Source: a virus. Taken from it: a stretch of 64,000 nucleotides of DNA. The notes beneath the pieces were generated by a model, which had not been told where the DNA came from, did no database searches, and worked only from the letters and a program-made list of their open reading frames with translations. Numbering within the stretch: position 1 is the stretch's first letter; every line of letters begins with the position of its first letter. Below, piece after piece: positions 9,992-19,479 of this stretch. The stretch is from IMG/VR virus record IMGVR_UViG_3300022752_000038, positions 1-64,000 of that record; one strand, written 5' to 3'. Position numbers and translations under genes: made by a program.

Positions 9992-10596
9992 TGGATAAAC
10001 AATTACTTATAGATTATACAGTGTTCGAAGTAACACCTCAGCAAATCAATGAGTCATTGACTAAAAATAATGGCCGTTTAATTGTAACGGGTGTGTTGCA
10101 ACGCGCTGAAGCTAAAAACCATAATGGACGAGTATATCCAATGGAAACGTTAATGCGCGAAGCTAAAAAATATAACGAAACATATATACGTGAAAGACGT
10201 GCATTAGGAGAATTAGATCATCCAGATTCATCTGTTGTTAACTTAAACAACGTAAGTCATAACGTTTTAGAAATGGCATTTCGTGGTAAAGACCTTGTCG
10301 GTACTGTAGAAGTACTTCCTACACCGGCTGGTAATATACTTAAGGCATTGTTCCAGTCAGGAATTAAATTAGGTATATCATCGCGAGGTTTAGGATCTGT
10401 TAAAGAGGTAATGCGCGAAGCTGGTAGCGCAATGGAAGTACAACCAGACTTTGAACTGATAGCATTTGATTTTGTTAGTAATCCTTCAACACATGGAGCT
10501 TTTTTATCTCCGGTTAATGAATCAATTAACAACAATGTCAATACTAAATATAATAACATCAATCGTTTAATTTCAGAAATAATAAGGGAGTTTTAG
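9991..10596 (+). CDS. gp21: Prohead protease (T4 gp21-like)
   Basis: NHNGRVYP, ALGELDHP, GISSRGLGS, FDFVSNPS. Confidence 0.95.
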   Translation: MDKQLLIDYTVFEVTPQQINESLTKNNGRLIVTGVLQRAEAKNHNGRVYPMETLMREAKKYNETYIRERRALGELDHPDSSVVNLNNVSHNVLEMAFRGKDLVGTVEVLPTPAGNILKALFQSGIKLGISSRGLGSVKEVMREAGSAMEVQPDFELIAFDFVSNPSTHGAFLSPVNESINNNVNTKYNNINRLISEIIREF

Positions 10597-10598
10597 TC

Positions 10599-10865
10599 AT
10601 GGCACTTATTGATTTAGCAAACACATCGCTTTATGGACCTAACAATCCAGTAGGCGCAAAAGGCACTGGGTTTACAACTGGACCTAATGCAGAACCATTA
10701 ACGAACATGTCATTAGGTAATCCAGTAACCGGAAAAGGCACTTTTGATAGTTTAACTGACGCTGCAGGAGCTAGTTTGTTCGGCCCTACTAATCCAGTTG
10801 GAGCAAAAGGTAATGGTTCAGTTATTGACCCGTTCGGTAATATTCCGGCCGAATTATCATTCTAA
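10599..10865 (+). CDS. Small Gly/Pro/Asn-rich protein with internal repeats
   Basis: SLYGPNNPVGAKG, SLGNPVTGKG and SLFGPTNPVGAKG. Confidence 0.6.
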   Translation: MALIDLANTSLYGPNNPVGAKGTGFTTGPNAEPLTNMSLGNPVTGKGTFDSLTDAAGASLFGPTNPVGAKGNGSVIDPFGNIPAELSF

Positions 10866-10884
10866 TTAATTAGGAACAATTCGT

Positions 10885-11253
10885 ATGAAATATTCTGATA
10901 TATACAAACGAATGTTTGCGGGACGTCCAAGGTCTAACGATTCGACTTTATTGTCAGAAGGCACATGGATGGCTGGAGTAACGACTGGCAAACCTACTAA
11001 AAAGCCTATGTCAGAAGCAGATACTAGTACAGATCGTCGTAATGAATTTCAAGCACAACTAAATGAAATTATGAGTATGTTGCAAGATCTAACCGATGAA
11101 TTTGGTTATGAATTAGAAATGACAGCCGATACCGAAAGTAGTGTGCCTGAATATCGACAGTGGTTAACACAGTTAGGTCGTTATTCGGAAGCCGCTGAAA
11201 AAAATCTTAAAGGCGTTGGTAAAATTATAAAGCAAGCTTACGGAGGGTTATAA
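10885..11253 (+). CDS. Hypothetical protein
   Basis: 122 aa ORF with AGGA SD. Confidence 0.55.
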   Translation: MKYSDIYKRMFAGRPRSNDSTLLSEGTWMAGVTTGKPTKKPMSEADTSTDRRNEFQAQLNEIMSMLQDLTDEFGYELEMTADTESSVPEYRQWLTQLGRYSEAAEKNLKGVGKIIKQAYGGL

Positions 11254-11666
11254 TGTCTAAACATTGGGAAAATAAATTGTTAAAAAAGTCTCTAAGCGAA
11301 AAGTATATACATGAAGAAGATGATATGCCTGAGATGACTAAAGAAGATCGTAAAGCTTTTTTAGAAGCTGTAGCTAATTATCATCAACTAGGCGAAATGA
11401 TTTATCGTGCTAATACGCTTAAAGAAGTTGCTAGTACATTAAGCAATATAGTTGAAATGGCAGAAAATGTAACATTACAAGAATCAGAACATTGGTTTGA
11501 TAATGTAACAGTATCACGTCATATGAAACAACTTCAAGAGGCATATAAAACATTTGAAAAAACTGCGACAGAAATGTCCGGTATGCAACAACGTTTAGAA
11601 GCTGCGTATGAGGATATTGGTACTGTACTTAACAAGTATTACAAAGTAAACGAATCGTTAAAATAA
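11253..11666 (+). CDS. Hypothetical helical protein
   Basis: 137 aa; translationally coupled to the previous gene (TAATG). Confidence 0.55.
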   Translation: MSKHWENKLLKKSLSEKYIHEEDDMPEMTKEDRKAFLEAVANYHQLGEMIYRANTLKEVASTLSNIVEMAENVTLQESEHWFDNVTVSRHMKQLQEAYKTFEKTATEMSGMQQRLEAAYEDIGTVLNKYYKVNESLK

Positions 11667-11699
11667 TTTGTTTTTGTAAAAGAATGTTATTATATTGTA
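11667..11699 (+). promoter_or_regulatory. Early/middle-type promoter TTTG-N18-ATTATATTGTA
   Basis: Same architecture and spacing as five promoters in the replication region. Confidence 0.5.
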
Positions 11700-11716
11700 A
11701 AGTAAATAAATAAGTT

Positions 11717-11974
11717 ATGAATTATATAAACAAAAAACAAAAACAGTTTGAAAGTATTATTCCAGGAACGCCTACCGGCGTGCGTGTAGTACGTAACAAT
11801 GACAGGTCAGACATTTCATTTGCATTACGTAAATGGAAAAAAATGCTAAAGGATAGTGGTGTAATAGAAGAGTTAAAGGCTCGCACTACTTACGAAAAGC
11901 CTACAGCAAAACGTCATCGTCAACGCGAACGTAGTAAATATTTAGCACAACGGGCTACTGAAAGATATTCATAA
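11717..11974 (+). CDS. rpsU: Phage-encoded 30S ribosomal protein bS21
   Basis: VRV...ISFALRKWKK...GVIEELKARTTYEKPTAKR is the bS21 signature. Confidence 0.85.
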   Translation: MNYINKKQKQFESIIPGTPTGVRVVRNNDRSDISFALRKWKKMLKDSGVIEELKARTTYEKPTAKRHRQRERSKYLAQRATERYS

Positions 11975-11992
11975 ATCAAACTAACAACTATG

Positions 11993-12019
11993 AAAAGGTG
12001 TCTATACGGCACCTTTTTT
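11993..12019 (+). terminator. Rho-independent terminator after rpsU
   Basis: AAAAGGTGTC-tatac-GGCACCTTTTTT. Confidence 0.8.
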
Positions 12020-12066
12020 ACTATACGTAGGTTGTTTGTATTTTCATAGGCATATATATAATTGTT

Positions 12067-12150
12067 ATTCGATACTGTATCAGTCTAATATACAGTCACT
12101 CAATTATTCGTAATTACACATTAAGATTGCCAATAATCTTATTTCCGAAT
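12067..12150 (+). ncRNA. Putative structured RNA leader (four-way junction) upstream of the scaffold/capsid operon
   Basis: Closing stem ATTCG/CGAAT encloses hairpins ACTGTAT/ATACAGT, AATTA-TTCG-TAATT and TAAGATT/AATCTTA. Confidence 0.45.
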
Positions 12151-12167
12151 TAAATAAAAGGAATCAA

Positions 12168-13034
12168 ATGAAAGACATTTTGAAAGAGGCAATCGCCGAT
12201 GCTAAAGCTGTACGTGAAACAGCCATGGCGAGTGCTAAGATTGCATTGGAAGAAGCTTTTACTCCTAGACTACAAAGTATGATTTCGGCACGTTTAGCAG
12301 AAGAAGCTGACGAAGAAGAAGTGACTACCGAAGAGGAAGAAGTAGAAGTAACAGAAGAAGGCGAAGAAGGAACTGATGGTACTCCAGATCCAGGTCCAGC
12401 TATCGAAGAAGAAGATGATATGGAAATGGAAGAAGATTTAGATCTTGAATCTATTATCCGTGAATTGGAAGGCGATATGGAAGAACCAATGGAAGAGGAA
12501 GAAGACGCTACGGTATCAGTAGAAACAGAACCTAGCGAACCTGTAGAGGAAGAGGAAGAAATCAACATCGATGAAATTATCCGTGCTTTACGTGAAGAAG
12601 ATGATATGGATGACGATGACGATGATGATGACGCTCCTGCACCGGCAGTTTCAGAAGGCGACGATACTGACAAAGAACTTAAAGAAGCTTACAACGTAAT
12701 TCGTTACATGAAAGCCAAATTAAACGAAGTAAACCTTCTCAATGCAAAATTGTTATTTTCTAACAAATTATTTAGAAACTATTCATTAACAGAAGCTCAG
12801 AAAATGAAAGTTATTGAAAACTTTGATCGTGCAGCATCAATGCGCGAAGTTAAGTTAGTATATAGCACATTATGTGAGTCGCTGAAAAATGTTGTAGCTA
12901 CTAAGAAAAAACAAACCATTAAAGAAAGCTATGCTTCAAAGCCAGCTGGCAGATCAACCGCTCCGAAAAAAGAAATTCTTAGCGAAGGATTTGAATTAGC
13001 TGCTCGTTGGAAGAAATTAGCTAATCTTAAGTAA
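12168..13034 (+). CDS. gp22: Prohead core/scaffolding protein (T4 gp22-like)
   Basis: Highly acidic, many I/L-x-E sites, immediately upstream of the major capsid gene. Confidence 0.8.
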   Translation: MKDILKEAIADAKAVRETAMASAKIALEEAFTPRLQSMISARLAEEADEEEVTTEEEEVEVTEEGEEGTDGTPDPGPAIEEEDDMEMEEDLDLESIIRELEGDMEEPMEEEEDATVSVETEPSEPVEEEEEINIDEIIRALREEDDMDDDDDDDDAPAPAVSEGDDTDKELKEAYNVIRYMKAKLNEVNLLNAKLLFSNKLFRNYSLTEAQKMKVIENFDRAASMREVKLVYSTLCESLKNVVATKKKQTIKESYASKPAGRSTAPKKEILSEGFELAARWKKLANLK

Positions 13035-13052
13035 AACAAAGGGGATCAAAAA

Positions 13053-14756
13053 ATGAATTTAAATTCTTTATTACCTCATGAGGCACAATCAACTCAACAT
13101 GCCAAAGCTATTGCACTTGAAAAGAAGTGGCAGAAGACCGGCTTGTTGGAAGGTATTGCCAATGAGAACGACCGTCGCGGAATGGCGGTTCTATTAGAAA
13201 ACCAAGCCAAGCAATTGGTAACTGAAGCTAACCAAACCGGTACTGACTCAAATGCTGAGCAGTGGGCTGGTGTAGCTCTTCCATTAGTACGTCGTATCTT
13301 TGCTGAAATTGCTGCAAAAGATTTCGTAAGTGTTCAACCAATGAATTTGCCATCTGGTCTAGTATTCTATTTGGACTTCAAATATGGTACTGCACAAGGT
13401 ACACAAGTAGGTGGTAGCACTGGTAACAATGACTTCTTAACAGGTCAAGGACGCACATCACAAACCGACTCTGTATTCGGTGTAACTGATGCAGATCGTG
13501 GTACTAGCGCTCCTAGCGAAGGTCTTTATGGTGCAGGTCGTTTTGGTTATACAATCAATGACGTAACTGCATCTATCACTGTAGGTGGAGCAACTGGTTC
13601 GGCTGCTGTAGCTAATGGTGCTTTCACAGCTGGCGCTACTACATTGACACAAGCACAGTTTGATAAATTTACTAATTACAATGGCGAATTTTCTGCTTCT
13701 ATTGTAAATGCTGGTTTATCTGCTGGTATGTTTGTATTACAAGTAGCAACTAGCTCACTTTCTGGATTTGATTCTAAAGGTATTCGTGCATTTAACTTAG
13801 TAGGTGCTGGTACTATGTATCCAGAATTTACAAGAATTAATCCGGCTACTAAAGGTCATATCCAGTTCTTGGTAAATACTTCAGGTGCCGGTGCTACTGC
13901 AACTGTTATTTATCATAAGCAACCTACCGATTCGACTCGTGGTGATTTTGAAGATGCATCAAGCACATTCGCTAACAACCAGACCAATTCAACTACACTT
14001 AACATTCCAGAAATCAATTTGGAAATGCGTAGTGAAGCTATTGTTGCTAAGACACGTAAATTAAAAGCAATTTGGTCGCCTGAATTCGCGCAAGACCTTA
14101 ATGCTTATCATAGCATTGATGCCGAAGCTGAATTGACTAGCATGTTGTCAGAATACATTTCGCAAGAAATTGATCTGGAAATCTTAGACATGTTGATACA
14201 AAATGCTCAAACAACTGAGTATTGGTCTGCACGTATTGGATATGTTTATGATGCCGCTACAAACGCATTTATAGATGGTACTACTGTCGGTCAAGCTTAT
14301 AACCAAGGTACATGGTTCCAAACTCTTGGTACTAAAATCCAAAAAGTAAGCAATAAGATTCATCAGTTAACTATGCGTGGTGGAGCAAACTTCTTAGTAT
14401 GTTCTCCAACTGTAGCAACTATCCTTGAGTCTATTCCAGGATATGCTGCTGATACAGATGGTGATAAAATGCAGTTTGCAATGGGCGTTCAGAAAATTGG
14501 TGCGATTAATAGCCGTTACCAAGTATACAAAAATCCATATATGACTGAGAATGTGATTCTTATGGGATATCGTGGTAGCCAGTTCCTGGAAACAGGTGCT
14601 GTATATGCTCCATATGTTCCATTGATCATGACGCCATTAGTGTACGATCCTGATAACTTCACTCCACGTAAGGGTGTAATGACTCGTTACGCTAAGAAGA
14701 TGGTTCGTCCTGAATTCTATGGTAAAGTATTTGTTAGTGGATTAAATTTATTATAA
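13053..14756 (+). CDS. gp23: Major capsid protein (T4 gp23-like)
   Basis: LLENQ, VQPMNLPSGLVFY, AKTRKLKAIWSPEFAQDL, YAPYVPL, GVMTRYA. Confidence 0.97.
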   Translation: MNLNSLLPHEAQSTQHAKAIALEKKWQKTGLLEGIANENDRRGMAVLLENQAKQLVTEANQTGTDSNAEQWAGVALPLVRRIFAEIAAKDFVSVQPMNLPSGLVFYLDFKYGTAQGTQVGGSTGNNDFLTGQGRTSQTDSVFGVTDADRGTSAPSEGLYGAGRFGYTINDVTASITVGGATGSAAVANGAFTAGATTLTQAQFDKFTNYNGEFSASIVNAGLSAGMFVLQVATSSLSGFDSKGIRAFNLVGAGTMYPEFTRINPATKGHIQFLVNTSGAGATATVIYHKQPTDSTRGDFEDASSTFANNQTNSTTLNIPEINLEMRSEAIVAKTRKLKAIWSPEFAQDLNAYHSIDAEAELTSMLSEYISQEIDLEILDMLIQNAQTTEYWSARIGYVYDAATNAFIDGTTVGQAYNQGTWFQTLGTKIQKVSNKIHQLTMRGGANFLVCSPTVATILESIPGYAADTDGDKMQFAMGVQKIGAINSRYQVYKNPYMTENVILMGYRGSQFLETGAVYAPYVPLIMTPLVYDPDNFTPRKGVMTRYAKKMVRPEFYGKVFVSGLNLL

Positions 14757-14774
14757 TCTTTAACTGAATAGCTT

Positions 14775-14805
14775 AAAAGAGGGAGACTTAGGTCTCCCTT
14801 TTTTT
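14775..14805 (+). terminator. Rho-independent terminator after the major capsid gene
   Basis: AGAGGGAGAC-ttag-GTCTCCCTTTTTTT. Confidence 0.85.
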
Positions 14806-14849
14806 ATATCTTTGGTCATGTAGATATTTATATTAAATAAGGATAGTGT

Positions 14850-15515
14850 ATGCCAAGAGAAAACATTGACCGCAATCCACCTAAAGGAGATATTAAATTT
14901 TCGGTTACGTTATCTAACGAACAAAAAGCTGCTAAAGAATTAATATTACAAACTCCTATTAATTTTATTATTGGTAAAGCCGGTTCTGGTAAAACAATGT
15001 TAGCCGTACAAATTGCATTGGATATGTACTTTAAACGGGTTGTGAATAAAATAGTTATAACAAGACCAACAATATCTACAGAAGATAATGGATTCTTACC
15101 TGGTACGGAAAAAGAAAAAATGGAACCATGGCTAGTACCTATACGTAGTAATATGCGTAAGGTATACAACAAGCCAGAGTTGCTAACAAAATTAGAAACA
15201 GAAGATCATATTGAATGGGTATCGTTAACACATTTTCGTGGACGTACATTTGAAAATGCTATTTGCATTATAGATGAATTTCAAAATCTAACTAAACAAC
15301 AATTACATATGTGTTTAGGTAGATTGGGTATTGGGTCTACACTTATATTTACGGGCGATAGTCAGCAAATAGATCTTAAATATAAAAATGATTCGGCATA
15401 TCATGAAATGCCTAAAATTGAACATTCTAAATATGTAAACAAAATTGTGTTACATGACAATCATCGTCATGAAGCATTGGATGAAATATTTAAAATGTTA
15501 AGTGATTATAGTTGA
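14850..15515 (+). CDS. phoH: PhoH-family ATPase
   Basis: GKAGSGKT, ITRP, GFLPG, RGRTF, IIDEFQN, TGDSQQID. Confidence 0.93.
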   Translation: MPRENIDRNPPKGDIKFSVTLSNEQKAAKELILQTPINFIIGKAGSGKTMLAVQIALDMYFKRVVNKIVITRPTISTEDNGFLPGTEKEKMEPWLVPIRSNMRKVYNKPELLTKLETEDHIEWVSLTHFRGRTFENAICIIDEFQNLTKQQLHMCLGRLGIGSTLIFTGDSQQIDLKYKNDSAYHEMPKIEHSKYVNKIVLHDNHRHEALDEIFKMLSDYS

Positions 15516-15537
15516 TATTTATAGTAAAGGAATCGTA

Positions 15538-15918
15538 ATGCCTGCCGGTAAATACTCATTTGTCATTGAACAAGGAGCTACATTAGAGTTTGAAATACAA
15601 TACAAAGACTCCGAAGGTACGCCTATAGATTTAAGTGGATATGGGGCAAGAATGCAAGTTCGTAGTGACTATAGTTCTAATACCATACTACTGACTTTAA
15701 GTAGTTCATTGCTACCTGATAATACTGGATTAAATATGTCAGGCTCAAGCGGGACATTACCACTAACATCGGGCAGTATAGGAATTTATATTTCAGCTGC
15801 TAGTTCATCGGCATTGACATTTGATCGTGCAGTTTACGATTTAGAAATACATAGCGGTAGTTATGTGTCACGTATATTACAAGGACAAGTTAAATTAAGC
15901 CGAGAGGTTACTCGCTAA
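15538..15918 (+). CDS. Virion structural protein (BppU-like adaptor)
   Basis: IEQGAT...PIDLSGYGARMQVR...YDLEI...RILQG. Start moved to ATG 15538, after ATATTTAT and AAAGGA. Confidence 0.55.
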   Translation: MPAGKYSFVIEQGATLEFEIQYKDSEGTPIDLSGYGARMQVRSDYSSNTILLTLSSSLLPDNTGLNMSGSSGTLPLTSGSIGIYISAASSSALTFDRAVYDLEIHSGSYVSRILQGQVKLSREVTR

Positions 15919-17585
15919 TGTCAAACGTATATGTTTCATCAGATGACAATACTGTACAACCTAGGTTTACTACAAATACAGTAACGGTTGTAACAAATGA
16001 TACACAAGTCGATGTTACTCAACGTGTTACCAATATTGTACAAATAAATACTGTAGGACCGCAAGGATCGCGAGGTGAACAAGGACCGCAAGGAATTCCT
16101 GGCACAAGCGGGGGTGATTATATAGCAAGTTCTTGGTCTGGTTCAAATTTATCCCAATTTGCAGGTACTGCTAGTTTTGCTCAAACGGCATCATATATAA
16201 ACCCTACGTTTATATCAGCTTCTGCAGCAGCTGCGGGATTTGGAAGCGGTGATAGTCCTAGTAGCCCTGAATCAGATCCAATATTTGTAGCTGTATCAGG
16301 ATCTTTAGTTACTACAAGTTCGTTCAACATATTTACTAGTTCAATACAGACTCAAGTCAATAGTTTAATAAACGCGACTAGTAGTTATGTAGTAAGTTCG
16401 CAGACTGGGTCTTTTGTAACTAATGATCAAACTAGCAGCTTTGTACTTAACCAAAGTACGGCATCAATGTTGCAGCCGTATGTATTGACAAGTGTCACGG
16501 CATCAATGTTGCAGCCGTATGTATTGACAAGTGTCACGGGGTCAATGCTTCAGCCGTATGTATTGACAAGTGTCACGGGGTCAATGCTTCAACCGTATGT
16601 GTTGACAAGTGTCACGGGGTCAATGCTTCAACCGTATGTGTTGACAAGTGTCACGGGGTCAATGATAGTGTCGGGAGCACTAACAGCCTCTTTCCTACCA
16701 GTAAACACATATCAAATAACTGCCTCATGGGCTCAAAGCGCTTCTCAAGCTATAACAGCATCTTATGCTTTGTTTGCTTTAAACGGAGGAACAACTACTA
16801 CACCAGGTGGAGCTAACACTCAAATACAATACAATTTCAATGATTCATTTCGTGGAGTACCTAGATTAACGTACGATGGAACTACTTTAAGGGCAACTGG
16901 ATCATTTACTGGCAGCTTAACGGGTAATTTATTTGGAACAGCAAGTTGGGCACAATTTGTTAGTCCGGTAGGTACTACATCACAAATAATATACAATAAT
17001 GGCACTGTGCTAACAAGTGACAGTAAACTAGCATTTGATGGGTCGAGTTTTGTTGTAAGAAACAACGATAACTCAGTAGATGCCTTTTCAACGGCACAAA
17101 ACAAAGATTATACTTATACCGAAATCCCACAGCAAAGATATCTATCACGCACAAGACAAGATAGCTTAATTGACAATGCAGTGCAGACTGGTGAGGTTAT
17201 ACAACCTGGAACAACCTCAGGAATTACTGATTGGGACTTGGCTTACTTAGATGACGCTGATAGTACCTGGAAAGCTGTAGATCAAACTAGCACAAAAAGT
17301 GCAAACTTGCTTGGAATATATGATAGCAATGCATCCGTCATATATTTAGAAGGTTACCTTGTAGTAGGAGACAGTGTTAATGCCTCTGGCGTTCCACTAA
17401 TATCAGGCTCTTTAGCTGCAGGCAAACCTGTTTACATAGCGGAAGGTGCTACAAGTGCTCCATTTTTATCTACCATAGTCCCAACATCAGGAATAGTTAG
17501 AATAATGGGACACCTAATTCGCAATAGAAATAACTATTACTGGTTAATGAAATTTAGACCGGATCATACTTGGGTAGAAATATAA
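15918..17585 (+). CDS. Fibre-like virion protein with collagen triplets and tandem repeats
   Basis: GPQGSRGEQGPQGIPG; TASFA/TASWA repeats; 13-aa tandem repeat. Confidence 0.6.
   Translation: MSNVYVSSDDNTVQPRFTTNTVTVVTNDTQVDVTQRVTNIVQINTVGPQGSRGEQGPQGIPGTSGGDYIASSWSGSNLSQFAGTASFAQTASYINPTFISASAAAAGFGSGDSPSSPESDPIFVAVSGSLVTTSSFNIFTSSIQTQVNSLINATSSYVVSSQTGSFVTNDQTSSFVLNQSTASMLQPYVLTSVTASMLQPYVLTSVTGSMLQPYVLTSVTGSMLQPYVLTSVTGSMLQPYVLTSVTGSMIVSGALTASFLPVNTYQITASWAQSASQAITASYALFALNGGTTTTPGGANTQIQYNFNDSFRGVPRLTYDGTTLRATGSFTGSLTGNLFGTASWAQFVSPVGTTSQIIYNNGTVLTSDSKLAFDGSSFVVRNNDNSVDAFSTAQNKDYTYTEIPQQRYLSRTRQDSLIDNAVQTGEVIQPGTTSGITDWDLAYLDDADSTWKAVDQTSTKSANLLGIYDSNASVIYLEGYLVVGDSVNASGVPLISGSLAAGKPVYIAEGATSAPFLSTIVPTSGIVRIMGHLIRNRNNYYWLMKFRPDHTWVEI
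16458..16664 (+). repeat. 39-bp in-frame tandem repeat, about 5.3 copies
   Basis: Unit ACGG(CA/GG)TCAATG(TTG/CTT)CARCCGTATGTRTTGACAAGTGTC encodes T(A/G)SMLQPYVLTSV. Confidence 0.95.
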
Positions 17586-17588
17586 CTC

Positions 17589-18254
17589 ATGGCTTATACA
17601 ATATATCCCGATACAGTTAACTTTTATACAACCATTGTAGACCAATGGTCAGCGTTAAGAGATGGTGATGGTACAGTTGTTGATTCGACTACAATAAATA
17701 GCTCAGTGCCACGTTACGGTATTGTTGATGAAGGAGCTAACTACATCTTCGCGCGGACCTATATTCAATTTGATATATCCAGTGTTACTGAACCAATAAC
17801 TAGTATGCAGCTATACGTACGAGGCGGTGCAGTAGCAGTTGGAAATACTACTTATGTGGCTTATGCTGGAAGTAAAAGTCCTCTAACCAACAGCGATAGC
17901 GACTATCCACTGTATTTAGCTGGAGGTGGAGGCGCTGAATTATCAACAGTAGTAATTCCAGCAAATCAATACGTTTCGTGCGATATTGATATTACTGCGT
18001 ACCCAATCCATGGAGATGATCCTACCACTCCAGCATATCAGTATTACAACATTGCTTTAGTTGCTGATGATGATTTTTTAAATAATGTCAACGGAACTTT
18101 TTTACTTAATACGATAAGAAACGCACCTGGTATATACCCATATCTTGTAATTAACGGGGGATATGCAAACACTGTTAACGGCATACCTGGCGCAAATATC
18201 ACAACAGTTTCTGGAGTTCCTATTGGTAATATAGCAAACATTATGGGCGTATAA
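17589..18254 (+). CDS. Virion protein, possible carbohydrate-binding beta-sandwich
   Basis: RTYIQFDISS resembles DNRLRE-type domains; C-terminal xxVxGxP repeats. Confidence 0.45.
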   Translation: MAYTIYPDTVNFYTTIVDQWSALRDGDGTVVDSTTINSSVPRYGIVDEGANYIFARTYIQFDISSVTEPITSMQLYVRGGAVAVGNTTYVAYAGSKSPLTNSDSDYPLYLAGGGGAELSTVVIPANQYVSCDIDITAYPIHGDDPTTPAYQYYNIALVADDDFLNNVNGTFLLNTIRNAPGIYPYLVINGGYANTVNGIPGANITTVSGVPIGNIANIMGV

Positions 18255-18310
18255 TTTAATTATTGTTACGTTTTATATTTGTGTTGTGATATTTATAAAT
18301 AAAGGCATCC

Positions 18311-19477
18311 ATGGCAACTAATATTCCTATATGGCCCGGTAGTTCGTCATTTTTTCCTGGAAATACTCCTTTCGGATTTTTCGATAACGATTATGAATTT
18401 CAATCAGAAGCCGATAGTATCGCTAATTGGTGTGCTATTCGCTTAGGATATCCTATTACCGAAATAGAATTACAAGATATTCAGTTTTATGCTTGTTTTG
18501 AAGAAGCTGTTACGGAATATGGTGCACAACTCAATGCCTATAATATCCGTGATAATATGCTCAATTTATATGGAGGCAACACTGGATCTAATTTAACAGG
18601 TAAAACCATTACATCTAACTTTGGCGGACTAGTTTCATTAGCCGCGGCATATGGCACTGAAGCCGGTTCCGGCGGAGACTTAAAATACTATACCGGTAGT
18701 GTTGCTATGAAGGCTGGTCAACAAATTTATAATTTAGCGGATTCTAATACAGTTAAATTAGAAAATGGTATAGCCGGTATAGATGCTATAGAAATAAAAC
18801 GAGTATATCATGAAGCGCCGCCTGCATTAGTACGATTCTTTGATCCATTTATTGGTAGCGGTATTGGTACACAACAAATGTTAGATGCGTTTGGATTTGG
18901 TAGTTATTCACCCGGTGTATCGTTTATGATGATGCCTGTATATGCCGATATACTTCGTTTACAAGGAATTGAATTTAACGACCAGGTACGTCGATCAGCA
19001 TATTCATTTGAAATTAGTAGAGACCGTTTACGTGTATTTCCGATACCAGATGGACAAAATGTAAAGAAGATATATTTTGATTATATACTTAAGACGGATC
19101 GATATACTGGGCCAGGTATAATAAATAACGGTACTATATCCGATTATTCAAATGTACCGTATGAAAATGTTATATACAAAAATATAAACAGCGTCGGTAA
19201 ACGATGGATATACAGATATACATTAGCATTAGCTACAATTATATTAGGTAAAGTACGTAGCAAGTATTCATCTATACCTATTCCAAACGCTGAAATATCA
19301 TTGAACGGTACTGATCTAGTAAGTGAAGGCCAGACAGAAAAAGAAGCATTGTTAACAGAACTTAAAGAAATTTTAGATAGTATGTCAAGACAGTCACAGC
19401 TTGAACGTAAACAAGCTGAAGCTGATGCCATGCAATCGCAATTAAATAAAATGCCTTTAAAAATATATGTAGGATAA
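18311..19477 (+). CDS. gp13: Neck protein (T4 gp13-like)
   Basis: LGYPITEIEL; WIYRYTLALA...LGKVRSKYS...LNG; synteny. Confidence 0.8.
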   Translation: MATNIPIWPGSSSFFPGNTPFGFFDNDYEFQSEADSIANWCAIRLGYPITEIELQDIQFYACFEEAVTEYGAQLNAYNIRDNMLNLYGGNTGSNLTGKTITSNFGGLVSLAAAYGTEAGSGGDLKYYTGSVAMKAGQQIYNLADSNTVKLENGIAGIDAIEIKRVYHEAPPALVRFFDPFIGSGIGTQQMLDAFGFGSYSPGVSFMMMPVYADILRLQGIEFNDQVRRSAYSFEISRDRLRVFPIPDGQNVKKIYFDYILKTDRYTGPGIINNGTISDYSNVPYENVIYKNINSVGKRWIYRYTLALATIILGKVRSKYSSIPIPNAEISLNGTDLVSEGQTEKEALLTELKEILDSMSRQSQLERKQAEADAMQSQLNKMPLKIYVG

Positions 19478-19479
19478 CC

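Noticed and set aside
12067-12150. Possible tRNA gene
   Set aside because: Cloverleaf-like, but it lacks a 7-bp acceptor stem, D-loop GG, TTCRA T-loop and CCA. Kept only as a structured leader. No tRNA was recognised elsewhere by eye.
16458-16664. Possible CRISPR array
   Set aside because: Units are contiguous with no unique spacers, are a multiple of 3 and are in-frame coding; no cas genes.
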